A stretch of 64,000 nt of DNA from a virus (taxonomy: Duplodnaviria > Heunggongvirae > Uroviricota > Caudoviricetes), in IMG/VR virus record IMGVR_UViG_3300046002_005803, positions 1-64,000 of that record; one strand, given 5' to 3'. Below the pieces are notes generated by a model. That model saw only the letters and a program-made list of their open reading frames with translations, did not search any database and was not told the DNA's origin. Positions 17,252-27,093 of the stretch are shown piece after piece. Every line of letters begins with the position of its first letter. The stretch's first letter is position 1. Both the position numbers and the translations under genes were made by a program.

Positions 17252-17980
17252 TTAGTTACTTATCCAATCTCTGTTACGATACGGTTTACCATACATTGCA
17301 TTTGGTAAATATCGTACAACTTTTTGTTTTACTCGTTTTATGATTGGATGTTCATGGTCATGATTAAATGCTTTTAGATACATTCTCCAACTATTATAAT
17401 TTCTTTTCTTACCGTACTGATCCTCGTCAAGATATTTGATTACATGGTCAGTGCTGTTTCTAAAATTCCATAACAACTCACAAGCAATATTATATCCATA
17501 TGCGTCAATCTCATCACTAGAACCCAAATATTCTTGTTCTTTACGCTGGCGAGTTCTTGGTGCAGTGCTATTATATGAGGGTAATCCGTTGAATTCTCTC
17601 CGGCGATATTGACGCATATGAATTATCTCATGCATTATGGTGTTTGATATAGTGCGACAAGTTCTAATAAAAATTTTATCAGTGATAGATATCAAATCAG
17701 TTTTGTTCTTGTACACCACTATTAATTCAATTGAGTTTTTGTTTTCTTTATCTAGCTGACTGTAGTAGGTGCCGCCAATCCAAGCACGGTTTCTGCCAAC
17801 TTTACTATCTATCAATTTTTTTAATTTGACAGGTATCATCTGTTTTATATGATTACCTAGCAGTCTATGAAACTTTTCCATAGACATTGGGATGTTAATT
17901 ATCTTAGGATGCAATTTCCAAATATATTCAATTAATTCGTAGCGATTGATTGAAGACCAGTCAAAATTGCAAGTTGCCAC
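17252..17980 (-). CDS. Hypothetical protein with HExxH zinc-metallopeptidase motif
   Basis: IMHEIIHMRQ; otherwise unrecognised. Confidence 0.35.
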   Translation of the reverse strand: MATCNFDWSSINRYELIEYIWKLHPKIINIPMSMEKFHRLLGNHIKQMIPVKLKKLIDSKVGRNRAWIGGTYYSQLDKENKNSIELIVVYKNKTDLISITDKIFIRTCRTISNTIMHEIIHMRQYRRREFNGLPSYNSTAPRTRQRKEQEYLGSSDEIDAYGYNIACELLWNFRNSTDHVIKYLDEDQYGKKRNYNSWRMYLKAFNHDHEHPIIKRVKQKVVRYLPNAMYGKPYRNRDWISN

Positions 17981-17993
17981 GCTATATTCCTAA

Positions 17994-19523
17994 TTATTTT
18001 CTCTTAGTGCGGGATCCAGTTTCTCTTGGCTTATTGACAGGATTAACAATATCTTTTGCAGATGTTGTTAATTCGTCTTTGCCTGCATTCTTTTCTCGTT
18101 TTGATCTGATAGTTGGGGTGCTAACTTCTTCATCATCCTTAGGCTTACCTGAACCCTTATCAATTTTGAATGTATAGTTACCTTTTATACCAGTGCTATA
18201 ATATGTTTTACCTGAAGATAGATAAACGCCCTTAATACTTTCACCAGGGTAAACAGTATTGAATTCTTGTAAGGTCCATTTACCTTTGCCTTCACTTGCT
18301 TTAGTATAAACTTGTACCAACGCCCCGTTGTTTAATATATCAGCAGCGGCTGCACTAAATTTTGTCTTGTCGTTCACTTCTTTGGCTGCTTGGTGTGCAA
18401 CCACTGCCATTAAATGATAGTATAAGTTTACATTCTCTGGATCATCGGTTCTGCGTTTTTGTGCTAATTTTAATAGATTTTCACTAAGACCCAATTGCTC
18501 TATATTGTCCATACTAACTGGACCAATTTTCTTAAATGCTCTAATCATTTCAGCATCATCAGGACTGATGACACCATACTGCATACCTAACATTAGTGGT
18601 GAACTTGCTTGTCCGGCAGATCGTATAAGTTTTATCAATGAAACTACTTCACTGTGTTTTTCTAAGAATTTTTTACCATCAGATGTTTCTTCTAGTTGAT
18701 TGATTTGATCAACCAGATTCTTTATGCTGGCAGTAGCACCATTGCCACCTTTTGTGCTAATTAATACACTGTGACCATCACTCGTAGACAAAATGCTATC
18801 ACTTAACCCTGCTGTCTTGCTATCATCAAAACTGATTAATGTTTTCTGAAATGTCCCGCCCAAAAACTTAGCCGCTGCTTCACCTGCGTTACCCGTGTAT
18901 TGACCTTTTTGCAATGCAATTGGCTGTAGTATTTCACAGAAGTAATCACGGAATGCAGTAAAGCTAACTCCTTCAGGAGCATCAAATGTCATGGGTAATG
19001 GTTGACCCATTGCAATATTGTGTGCTACTTTATATAATGGATTGTTAGTTCCCAAACTACTAGCCAGTTGATTCATTAAGCTAGCGATAGTTAAATCAAG
19101 TTTATTAACTAACAAATCTTGTGGACTTAAGCCTGCTTCTGATTTAGCGGCAGCTTTGCTACTGAGCTTATAAGTTGACCCGTCTACAGTAAATGTATTT
19201 GATACTTTGTTGTCAGTTCTGGATGGTTTAATTTCTTGTAGATATTGTCCTATGGTAAAATTACCAAATGAGATTAGTGCGAATCCACCTGTTCGTCCCG
19301 AACGACTGTTTTGCCAAACAATTCCAGGAACTTGTTTTTCAATTTCTGCTAAGGATTGATCTAGTTCTTCGGGTTTGTATTTTCCACCACTTTCTGGGAA
19401 GAATTTAATATCGTTGAATATTGCTTCTTCCCCGTTTTCATTTTTAAAAATCTCGCCGGGTTTACGACCGGCTAAGCCAGTACTTTCAGTTAGTTGTTTA
19501 ATTATATTAATAAATTCACGCAT
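17994..19523 (-). CDS. Hypothetical protein (509 aa); N-terminus MREFINIIKQLTE weakly resembles the capsid-targeting pattern
   Basis: Large ORF with a Lys-rich C-terminus. Confidence 0.35.
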   Translation of the reverse strand: MREFINIIKQLTESTGLAGRKPGEIFKNENGEEAIFNDIKFFPESGGKYKPEELDQSLAEIEKQVPGIVWQNSRSGRTGGFALISFGNFTIGQYLQEIKPSRTDNKVSNTFTVDGSTYKLSSKAAAKSEAGLSPQDLLVNKLDLTIASLMNQLASSLGTNNPLYKVAHNIAMGQPLPMTFDAPEGVSFTAFRDYFCEILQPIALQKGQYTGNAGEAAAKFLGGTFQKTLISFDDSKTAGLSDSILSTSDGHSVLISTKGGNGATASIKNLVDQINQLEETSDGKKFLEKHSEVVSLIKLIRSAGQASSPLMLGMQYGVISPDDAEMIRAFKKIGPVSMDNIEQLGLSENLLKLAQKRRTDDPENVNLYYHLMAVVAHQAAKEVNDKTKFSAAAADILNNGALVQVYTKASEGKGKWTLQEFNTVYPGESIKGVYLSSGKTYYSTGIKGNYTFKIDKGSGKPKDDEEVSTPTIRSKREKNAGKDELTTSAKDIVNPVNKPRETGSRTKRK

Positions 19524-19595
19524 AGTTTAGTATTTATCTATAGAAAAAAATATAAAATTCTTAACCGATAGTAAATAGATGTGAAGGAGAAAATT

Positions 19596-19886
19596 ATGAT
19601 CAAATTTCTAAAAAGTCTATTCGGGATTGAAACCACAGCCCCAGTAGCAACACCCGCACCTATGGTAACAGCCCCTTATAAGATTCCGGAACCAGTAACA
19701 GCAACACCAATTCCATTAGTAGTTGAAGCTGCACCGGTCGTAGTAGCTAAAAAAGCACCTGTCAAAGCTAAAGCACCTGCTAAGCCAAAGGTAGCAAAGC
19801 CTGCCGCGGTTAAAGCACCTGCTAAAGCACCTGCTAAAGCACCTGCTAAAGTACCAAAAAAGCCTAAGATTAGCATCGCCAAGTAA
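19596..19886 (+). CDS. Lys/Ala/Pro-rich histone-H1-like low-complexity protein with AKAP tandem repeats
   Basis: AGGAG RBS 7 nt before the ATG at 19596. C-terminal KKAPVKAKAPAKPKVAKPAAVKAPAKAPAKAPAKVPKKPK, encoded by 3x 12-bp tandem repeats (gcacctgctaaa). Confidence 0.45.
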   Translation: MIKFLKSLFGIETTAPVATPAPMVTAPYKIPEPVTATPIPLVVEAAPVVVAKKAPVKAKAPAKPKVAKPAAVKAPAKAPAKAPAKVPKKPKISIAK

Positions 19887-20584
19887 TGAATACGATAGGG
19901 TTTGACCTAATTAGTGATTTGAATCTATACCCCGAGGATAGTTTCAATTGGGAAGGTAAAGCAACTAGTTTATACTGCATAATAGCAGGAAATATTAGTG
20001 AAGATTTACGCACTATAAAACAAACTCTGTCGCATTTATCTAAATTTTATCAAGGTATATTTTATACTCTGGGTTCGTTGGAATATCATAATACAAGTGA
20101 TATAGTAAAAAGAACGAACGAAATTTATAAGGCTTGTCTTTCAATTAGTAATTTAGCAATAATGCACCACAATGTGGTTGTTGTTGATGGGATAGCAGTT
20201 GTGGGAGCAAATGGATGGTATGGAAATACTATACACGATGAAGAAGCTGAAAGCATACTTGAAGTGCATCGTAATGCAGATATATTATACCTCAGAAATA
20301 CAATAGAACGACTGCAAAAACACCTAGATGTTAAAAAGATTATAGTGGTCACTAACTCAGTTCCCAGTATAGAGTTATACTTTGGAGAACATCCCAGCAC
20401 TATAGATAAGCAACTTAATTTAAATATCGCTTTAGTTGCTGACACCGAAAGCAAAATTTCACATTGGTTATATGGTACATATGAAAAAGTAGTTGACACC
20501 AATATAAACGATATCAACTACATTAACAATAGCAGTTTCAAAAGAAACCCCTATTGGTCTAGGCGAATAGAAATTTCTATTTAA
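19886..20584 (+). CDS. Hypothetical protein (possibly a degenerate metallophosphoesterase-like fold)
   Basis: Weak DxH/GD/GNH-like spacing (ISDLNLY, IIAGNISED, LEYHN); not convincing. Confidence 0.3.
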   Translation: MNTIGFDLISDLNLYPEDSFNWEGKATSLYCIIAGNISEDLRTIKQTLSHLSKFYQGIFYTLGSLEYHNTSDIVKRTNEIYKACLSISNLAIMHHNVVVVDGIAVVGANGWYGNTIHDEEAESILEVHRNADILYLRNTIERLQKHLDVKKIIVVTNSVPSIELYFGEHPSTIDKQLNLNIALVADTESKISHWLYGTYEKVVDTNINDINYINNSSFKRNPYWSRRIEISI

Positions 20585-20886
20585 GCATCAGCCTCTACTT
20601 TAATCTGCAACGGAAAACCTTGACTTCGCGCATCAAGTGTAACTTCAATACCTCGTTGTTCAGCAATCTCGTAGGGTAAAACAGCAACTACCGCACTACC
20701 CTCTTCATGGATATTATGAGTAATTGTTTTCGCTGTATCTTGGTTATAATTAAAGTAATCAATCAAACTACTCACTACAAATTCCATACTAGTAACATTG
20801 TCATTAATATAAATGATTTTGAACAACGGTGGTTCAACTAATGCGAGGTTAGGTTTAATCTTGATTTTTGTTTCTGTTTTAGACAT
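20581..20886 (-). CDS. clpS: ATP-dependent Clp protease adaptor ClpS
   Basis: PPLFKIIYINDNVTSMEFVVSSLIDYF...TITHNIHEEGSAVVAVLPYEIAE is colinear with E. coli ClpS ([28 protein letters not shown]...[22 protein letters not shown]). Confidence 0.8.
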   Translation of the reverse strand: MSKTETKIKIKPNLALVEPPLFKIIYINDNVTSMEFVVSSLIDYFNYNQDTAKTITHNIHEEGSAVVAVLPYEIAEQRGIEVTLDARSQGFPLQIKVEADA

Positions 20887-20901
20887 ATTAGTTACCGGTT
20901 A

Positions 20902-20935
20902 TAATTTATAAAAATGTGCAGCTTTTCAACTGCAC
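20902..20935 (-). terminator. Rho-independent terminator after hsp20
   Basis: GTGCAG-cttttcaa-CTGCAC hairpin followed, in the minus-strand sense, by AUUUUUAU. Confidence 0.45.
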
Positions 20936-20947
20936 ACTGCTATTATA

Positions 20948-21400
20948 CTATTTAGTATGGGATATTACAATTGATCTGGGCTTTTGTTCTTCAGGTACTT
21001 CACGCTTTAGATGAACACTAAGAATACCCAATTCAAGATGTGCATTTACTATCTCAACATGATCAGCAAGTTTGAATTCTCTGCGAAAATCTCTATTACT
21101 GATACCCTTGTGTAGATAGTTAATCTCAGGTAAGTCTTCTTCATTGATAGTATTTTTACCTTCAATAATCAAAAAGTTTTTATCTTTTGTTACTGAAAGG
21201 TTATCAAAACCAAATCCAGCTACTGCTATACTAATCATATATTCGTCCTCAGTAATTTGGACGACATTGTATGGGGGATAGTTTGTGTTAGATTGTTGGG
21301 AATGCATCCTATGTAAATCATCAAAAATAGTATCAAAACCGATACCAAATTTGTGAAGTTGCGGAATGTCAAGGGAACGAAGGGTTAATGTTTTTGTCAT
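20948..21400 (-). CDS. Small heat-shock protein (Hsp20/alpha-crystallin family)
   Basis: Alpha-crystallin-domain pattern PPYNVVQITEDEYMISIAVAGFGFDNLSVTKDKNFLIIEGK. Start moved to the ATG at 21400 (MTKTLTL), which has an AGGAG RBS. Confidence 0.75.
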   Translation of the reverse strand: MTKTLTLRSLDIPQLHKFGIGFDTIFDDLHRMHSQQSNTNYPPYNVVQITEDEYMISIAVAGFGFDNLSVTKDKNFLIIEGKNTINEEDLPEINYLHKGISNRDFRREFKLADHVEIVNAHLELGILSVHLKREVPEEQKPRSIVISHTK

Positions 21401-21500
21401 GTTATTTCTCCTATAAGCAAATATGACTGTGTGAGCCCGACTATCGGCACTCACATATATTTAGTGTATCAGCAATACGCAAAAAATTATACTATTTAGA

Positions 21501-22703
21501 TTAAATCATTGATTTTGGTTCTAAAACTTGCTCTCTTGATATATCTATCTTGGTAATGTTATTTTCTCTGTATTTCTTCGTATTAAACATTGCCGGCATC
21601 AAAACTTTTTCTATTTCAGTGTGTAATCCACGTGCCCCTGTCTTGAGCTTTAAGCAGTTTTCAACTATTTGATCCAATGCACTTGGAGAAAATGTCAACT
21701 TAATATTATCAATACTCAACAGATATTTGTACTGTTCAATATAGTTGTTTTTAACTTCAGTAAGAACTTTGAGTAATTCCTCTTTGTTTAATTCACCAAT
21801 ACTAACTGTAGTAGTGAAACGACCGATAAATTCGGGAATCATTCCATATTTGGTCAAATCATCTGGGGTAACTTCTTTAAGATCACCCTCTGCCTTTTTA
21901 TCTTTGATATCTGCACTAAATCCAATATTAGAACCATTTTTACGATCACTGATCAAGTCTTTCAACCCGACAAATGCACCTCCTGCTATGAATAGGATGT
22001 TTTTTGTATCAATTTCTAACATATCACCACCAGGATGCTTTCTACCACCTGCTGCTGGGATACGACAAATTGTACCTTCTACTAATTTAAGCAATGCTTG
22101 TTGAACACCCTCACCCGACACATCACGGGTAATACTTGCACTTTCACTCTTGCGGGCAATCTTGTCAATTTCATCAACAAACACAATGCCGCGTTCCGCC
22201 AGTCTAGGATCTCCACCAGCAGCATTAACTAACATACTAATCATTGATTCAACATCATCACCCACATAACCAGCTTCTGTCAAACTAGTAGCATCAGTTA
22301 CAACAAAAGGAACTTTAAGATATTTTGCCACTGTCTTTGCCAGCAAAGTTTTACCTGATCCCGTGGGCCCGATCAGTAACACATTGCCCTTTTGAATTTC
22401 TAAGTCTTTTGGCGGATAGGTAATGCGTTTGTAATGATTAGCAATAGCAACACTCAATACCATTTTAGCATTATCTTGACCGATAACATGCTCATCTAAG
22501 TATTCCTTGATATCAGAAGGATCGTATTTAACTTCTTCTTTGGATTGAGTATCAACTACTAAACTATCATCTTCAACCAAGTTATTACATAATACAATAC
22601 AATCGCTGCAAATTGCAACATCTTCACTTACGATAAGTTTTTTAACTTTATCTTTGTGGGTGTTACAAAAAGAACAATGTATTAGTTTATTTTCTGAAGT
22701 CAT
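21501..22703 (-). CDS. clpX: ATP-dependent Clp protease ATP-binding subunit ClpX
   Basis: N-terminal C4 zinc finger ([16 protein letters not shown]...CSDC), Walker [17 protein letters not shown], Walker [11 protein letters not shown], ClpX-specific GYVG pore loop, sensor-2 region. Confidence 0.9.
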   Translation of the reverse strand: MTSENKLIHCSFCNTHKDKVKKLIVSEDVAICSDCIVLCNNLVEDDSLVVDTQSKEEVKYDPSDIKEYLDEHVIGQDNAKMVLSVAIANHYKRITYPPKDLEIQKGNVLLIGPTGSGKTLLAKTVAKYLKVPFVVTDATSLTEAGYVGDDVESMISMLVNAAGGDPRLAERGIVFVDEIDKIARKSESASITRDVSGEGVQQALLKLVEGTICRIPAAGGRKHPGGDMLEIDTKNILFIAGGAFVGLKDLISDRKNGSNIGFSADIKDKKAEGDLKEVTPDDLTKYGMIPEFIGRFTTTVSIGELNKEELLKVLTEVKNNYIEQYKYLLSIDNIKLTFSPSALDQIVENCLKLKTGARGLHTEIEKVLMPAMFNTKKYRENNITKIDISREQVLEPKSMI

Positions 22704-22758
22704 ATAGTAATTTTACCTTTTTGCAATTTGTCTTTGAGTCCTCTTACTTTGCTAAAGA

Positions 22759-23841
22759 TCATGTAATGTTTTCCAGTAAGTTTGTTGCACTAAAAAAGTT
22801 ATGATGCATAAGTTCTCGGGTTTGAATTATTTTCTCAAAATGCAATGAACCATCCATCTCTGTCATTATAGTACGTATATGCTCAACTAACCTATCTTTA
22901 AATTGTAAGTAACTATTAAAGCTATCTGACCATCTAGAATCATATTTAAATGCACTTGGATACATTTCTGTATAACTTAGTCTATTAGGAACTAATGGAA
23001 ATGCATTAACACATAATGCTTCAAAGCAACTGATACCTAATGTTTCTTGTAAGTTTGCACTAAACACAATTTTACTTTTACCTAACAATGTATGATATTC
23101 ATGTTTAGATAGGTGTTGATCCTGTGCAATAACAAATTTATATTCTGGTAATGCTTCTGCCAAGTCCCTAAAGATATCAAGTTGCTTTTCAGGAGCAATA
23201 CGATGTGGAAACAAAATGATGTTTTCTTTTTCTAAATTGCTATATGTCACTAGCGTATCTTTAAGATACTCCATTGGCCAGCCAGTCTTTACAATTTTCT
23301 TAGACATTATCAATGATTTCTTTGCTTCCGGAAGCAAAAAGCAATCACTCCATAATTGTATATGAAAGTCTGTTGCAAAGTAATTATGATTAATAGCTTC
23401 AAAGAAACTACATTCTGCATGTCTGACCCATTTAGCATCACCGATAATTCGTCCCAAGAAGTCTTGAGGGTCATAACTGCCAGCATGCCATAATCCGTGT
23501 ATAGTCCAGTTGAAGCCTAATAGGTCTGACATATATTTCAGTTGGATCACTGTGGGGTTCCACGCATCTGTAAAGATAAAGTGATCGTCGGGGCCAGTCT
23601 TGCCTTGATTGTGCTGTTCTAAGAACGCACACATTTGAGCACTCTTCCAATAGTTAGTATCGGAGAAGTTTAAGAACGCACCCGGAGTCAGTTGGCTGTT
23701 CTTCTGAACACCATCTACTTGAACCACATTAAAACGGTCGCCTAACTTGTTCTTGAGTAGAGCGGGCACATGACTGTGCCACTGTGCTGTATAGCGAGTC
23801 TCAATAGGCTCCAGCGAGAATATCCATATTGTTGATTTCAA
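22759..23841 (-). CDS. Hypothetical protein, possible GT-B-fold glycosyltransferase
   Basis: C-terminal ILFPHRIAPEKQ and ETLGISCFEALCVNAFPLVPN resemble GT-B donor-binding motifs (E-x7-E). Weak. Confidence 0.3.
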   Translation of the reverse strand: MKSTIWIFSLEPIETRYTAQWHSHVPALLKNKLGDRFNVVQVDGVQKNSQLTPGAFLNFSDTNYWKSAQMCAFLEQHNQGKTGPDDHFIFTDAWNPTVIQLKYMSDLLGFNWTIHGLWHAGSYDPQDFLGRIIGDAKWVRHAECSFFEAINHNYFATDFHIQLWSDCFLLPEAKKSLIMSKKIVKTGWPMEYLKDTLVTYSNLEKENIILFPHRIAPEKQLDIFRDLAEALPEYKFVIAQDQHLSKHEYHTLLGKSKIVFSANLQETLGISCFEALCVNAFPLVPNRLSYTEMYPSAFKYDSRWSDSFNSYLQFKDRLVEHIRTIMTEMDGSLHFEKIIQTRELMHHNFFSATNLLENIT

Positions 23842-23902
23842 AGTTGTCTCCTATACGAGTTAGTTAAAGATAATAGTATTATAGACTATATTGGATTAAA
23901 GA

Positions 23903-25591
23903 TCAATCGCGTTTGGTCAAATATTCTTCAATTTGCTGTCTTTCAATATCAGACAACAATTCAATATCATACTCGCCCGCTTCAATCTTTTTGATCAAAT
24001 ACTTGATATATTCTTGGTCATGCAAGTAGCTAGTTGATTGGTCTTTATTAATAATGATCCATCTGTTTCCGTCAAATTTGTAAACCTTATTTGGTAAGGC
24101 ATCTACTCGTACAAAGGTATCACCTTTTGTGGATACAGATGGAAATGTAGTGCCAAAACTAGTTTTGCTCTCTCTTCCTGTATCAGTGAATAATTTCAAC
24201 ATATCTGGATGCTTACCCAATAACACATCTTTATGCATGTGCTTACCGTCAAACATTACATATCCGCCTTCTAAATTTTCAAAAGAAATAGTATTGGCTA
24301 CGATTTTATCAGCTAATTCAGTTTTAGGTATTTCTTTAAAAGCAGGACCTGTTTGTATCCATTCACCATCAACTTTTATACCTTCAAAGTTTGGATCTTG
24401 ATCAACAATTTTCTCAGTAGAATCTCTAGTCATTTCTTTTTCATCTACAGATTCTATTGATAACGATCCAAACGGAATATAAGTAATTTCAATTGGTTCT
24501 TTATCTTTTAAATAAGGTCCATCAAATACATCACACTTTTTATTTGGGCAGAACGGACCAATTCCAGGAGCATCAACTAATGGTGTACCGCACTTATAAC
24601 AAGGCTCTAATGTATCATAGCTTGGTTCTGGGTTGTATACTTGAATCGGAGCAGGTTCTATTCCAGGTGGGGTATGACTGCCTGCAGGTTTAAACAAATA
24701 TGGATGATCTTTAATATCAAATTCTTTTACAGGTTCTTCTTCAATTTTGGATTTAGGTTCATCAACTGTTTCTAGTAGATCATCTGTGCGCTCTTGGTGA
24801 TCAATCTCTGATTCAAGTTCTTCATTGTCCCAGTCTTTGCTTGCATTAGCAGCTAGAACAAGTGCAATAGCAAGTGGATCAAATACGATAACAAGTAATA
24901 TAATAACCCATCGTACTGCTTTTTCTAAAAGATTTTGATCAGGATCATCGCCGTATAGCAATGCTGCTATGTATTTGATCGGACCAACCTCTGCTTCTAC
25001 TTTTCTAACCTCAGCAGCAATAGGCGCGCGGGCATCGTTAAGTACCGCGATAGACTTCTGCGACTGTAGTATTTCATTTTGAAGTCTGATCCGTTCTTTC
25101 TGCTGAGACTTACGCATAACCACAGCTTTCTCGGCACCTTTTTCATCGGTTGATCGGCCTAAAACTTGATCCACTCCCTCATCCATTTGTTTTAGTGCCT
25201 TACGATTTGCTTCAATATTCTCTTTTTCTGTTTTAATCTTCTCATCATAAATTGCTATCTTGGCTTGCACATCACCTGAGGTAACACCTTGATCCATGTG
25301 TGCTTTACTTAAAAAGCCAAAAATACCCATACTGGTAATCAATGCAATAGCTATTACAGCAGGCACTAAGTACAGTTTAATTAACCAACCGGCACGATTC
25401 CAATACTTACGCAGCCAAACTGTTGTGGTTATCTTTGCAAGTTCAAGTACTGAACCCATGATGATTACTGGAATCACTGCCCCGGCAAAAATAGTAGTTA
25501 ACCCAATAATACTATACCATGCGGCGATAGTACTAAGGATTAATGCTACTAATAGTGTGAAATTGGAAAAACTGAATATTCTTTTGAGCAT
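23903..25591 (-). CDS. Integral membrane protein (about 4 TM helices, a long coiled-coil segment, and a Cys-containing C-terminal domain)
   Basis: Hydrophobic N-terminal segments, then a Lys/Glu/Gln-rich heptad region, then CYKCGTPL...CPNKKC. Confidence 0.4.
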   Translation of the reverse strand: MLKRIFSFSNFTLLVALILSTIAAWYSIIGLTTIFAGAVIPVIIMGSVLELAKITTTVWLRKYWNRAGWLIKLYLVPAVIAIALITSMGIFGFLSKAHMDQGVTSGDVQAKIAIYDEKIKTEKENIEANRKALKQMDEGVDQVLGRSTDEKGAEKAVVMRKSQQKERIRLQNEILQSQKSIAVLNDARAPIAAEVRKVEAEVGPIKYIAALLYGDDPDQNLLEKAVRWVIILLVIVFDPLAIALVLAANASKDWDNEELESEIDHQERTDDLLETVDEPKSKIEEEPVKEFDIKDHPYLFKPAGSHTPPGIEPAPIQVYNPEPSYDTLEPCYKCGTPLVDAPGIGPFCPNKKCDVFDGPYLKDKEPIEITYIPFGSLSIESVDEKEMTRDSTEKIVDQDPNFEGIKVDGEWIQTGPAFKEIPKTELADKIVANTISFENLEGGYVMFDGKHMHKDVLLGKHPDMLKLFTDTGRESKTSFGTTFPSVSTKGDTFVRVDALPNKVYKFDGNRWIIINKDQSTSYLHDQEYIKYLIKKIEAGEYDIELLSDIERQQIEEYLTKRD

Positions 25592-25625
25592 TGTTTATTT
25601 AGTCTGTAATAGACTACCTAAATAG

Positions 25626-25823
25626 TCATTCAAATAACTGTCCGTAGATTTCAATGAATTGATCTAAATTTAATATTAATTTCTGTGGAATACCAGGACC
25701 TTGATAAGCCAAATAAGTAACACTAGCACCGCCGCGCAGTTCATCTTGTTCTCTTACTTGGATTATCTCCATCCTATTGCCATCCTCAAAGGTATATGAT
25801 TTACCTACTAAAGGATGTGTCAT
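25626..25823 (-). CDS. Hypothetical protein
   Basis: ORF only. Confidence 0.3.
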   Translation of the reverse strand: MTHPLVGKSYTFEDGNRMEIIQVREQDELRGGASVTYLAYQGPGIPQKLILNLDQFIEIYGQLFE

Positions 25824-26044
25824 ACAACGTGGCCAAGCATCTGATAAATCAACTGATCCAATTCTTCTTGATAGTTGTCATTTTTAATCCTACGCTTTAA
25901 CCAGATCGCTTCTAGCAATTCTTTAGCAGTATCATCTTCTCCTGCTGATCCACGACTTGCTAATTCTTCAACTAGCTCCTTGGTCTCAAACTCGCTCAAG
26001 TCAACTTCAATTTCAACTTCAACTTCTTTGTAAAATAATGCCAT
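25820..26044 (-). CDS. Hypothetical acidic protein
   Basis: ORF only. Confidence 0.3.
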   Translation of the reverse strand: MALFYKEVEVEIEVDLSEFETKELVEELASRGSAGEDDTAKELLEAIWLKRRIKNDNYQEELDQLIYQMLGHVV

Positions 26045-26061
26045 GATTTATTCATTCAATG

Positions 26062-26856
26062 TCATTTGGTCATCATCAATGCGTTAAAGTTTGAAGGAAC
26101 AACAATTGTCTGCACTTTGCCATTCTTGATACCTTCACTAATGTTCAACATGGCCTGTGCCTGCATGAATGCAATTGAACTACCGCTGTTGTTAGCCAAT
26201 GCTGCCATACGACGGCTTTCAGCCTCAGCAGTCTTAACTTCAACTTCTTTCTGCTTGAGTTCGTTCTTGGCTTTGACTAATTCATTAGCACTTGCCACAA
26301 CTGAATCTGCTGGTACTACATTACGAATCAACACTTGACTGATCATAATGCTACCATCCAGCTTTTCTTCAGTAAGATTGCGAACAATTTCTTCCTTGAT
26401 GAAGTTTTCCATATCGCTACGAGCATCTGCCATGTCCAGGGCCTCGTACTTACGGGCTGCCTTGTAGATGGCATTACGAGCATTTTGCACAATGTAATTG
26501 TACATCACATAAGTATCACCCTTGAATTCAGTGTGGAAGCTCTTGTTCTTAGTAGAATATAGCTCTGCTACTTGTGCAGGGTTGATGTTATAGACAACCA
26601 CAGCATCAAAGTCTTTCATTGTTGAGTTGTCTTTGGCAACGGGAGTCATATCATTCAACGGGACATTGACATCTTTAATCGGGAATGTAAGTACATCTCC
26701 GATCAATACTTGATTGAACGAGCCGGGCAAGAGTTCACCACTTTGTACCTGCTTGTCAAATCCCACACGCACACCCACCTCACCGGTTTCAATACGAGTG
26801 CAACCTGTTGCCAATACTGCCGCAGCAAGAACGGAGAGAGTTAAAATACGCTTCAT
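26062..26856 (-). CDS. SPFH/band-7 (stomatin/HflKC-like) lipoprotein
   Basis: Signal peptide plus lipobox LATGC. ETGEVGVRVGF...PGSFNQVLIGDVLTFPIKDVNV...DFDAVVVYNINP follows the SPFH-domain pattern. Confidence 0.65.
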   Translation of the reverse strand: MKRILTLSVLAAAVLATGCTRIETGEVGVRVGFDKQVQSGELLPGSFNQVLIGDVLTFPIKDVNVPLNDMTPVAKDNSTMKDFDAVVVYNINPAQVAELYSTKNKSFHTEFKGDTYVMYNYIVQNARNAIYKAARKYEALDMADARSDMENFIKEEIVRNLTEEKLDGSIMISQVLIRNVVPADSVVASANELVKAKNELKQKEVEVKTAEAESRRMAALANNSGSSIAFMQAQAMLNISEGIKNGKVQTIVVPSNFNALMMTK

Positions 26857-26865
26857 GTTTTTTCC

Positions 26866-27045
26866 TTAAAATAAAATTACAATTACAGTTATTACTAGAA
26901 CAGCTAGCAATGAGACAAGTATACTATAGACAGCAGTTTTTGTCAATGACCAACGCTCTTTTCTTTCCATCTTTCGCCAGACAGTAATACCAAAATGAAT
27001 CAATGCTGCAAAGATAATAAATGCCAACCAAAGTTTAATCATCAT
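26866..27045 (-). CDS. Small two-TM membrane protein (59 aa)
   Basis: MMIKLWLAFIIFAALIHFGITVWRKMERKERWSLTKTAVYSILVSLLAVLVITVIVILF*. Start overlaps (ATGA) the stop of an HFGVE* remnant. Confidence 0.3.
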   Translation of the reverse strand: MMIKLWLAFIIFAALIHFGITVWRKMERKERWSLTKTAVYSILVSLLAVLVITVIVILF

Positions 27046-27093
27046 TCAACTCCAAAATGTTCAAGCAGTAATAAAAGGTCAACTGTTATTTGT
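27043..27093 (-). pseudogene. Start-less C-terminal remnant of an HFGVEE-family gene (...LLLLLEHFGVE*)
   Basis: In-frame stop upstream and no ATG, yet the terminal 18 nt (cattttggagttgaatga) match the family gene ends. Confidence 0.4.

Noticed and set aside
17994-19523. 509-aa protein with N-terminus MREFINIIKQL considered as another CTS protein
   Set aside because: The EFI triplet is shifted by two positions relative to the other six, and no acidic residue lies at the expected cleavage position. Kept only as a weak note in the feature list.
22759-23841. Possibility that this is a T4-type DNA alpha/beta-glucosyltransferase for hmC
   Set aside because: No dCMP hydroxymethylase (gp42) or hmC pathway gene is visible in the window, and there is no sequence resemblance to T4 beta-gt beyond a generic GT-B C-terminal motif.
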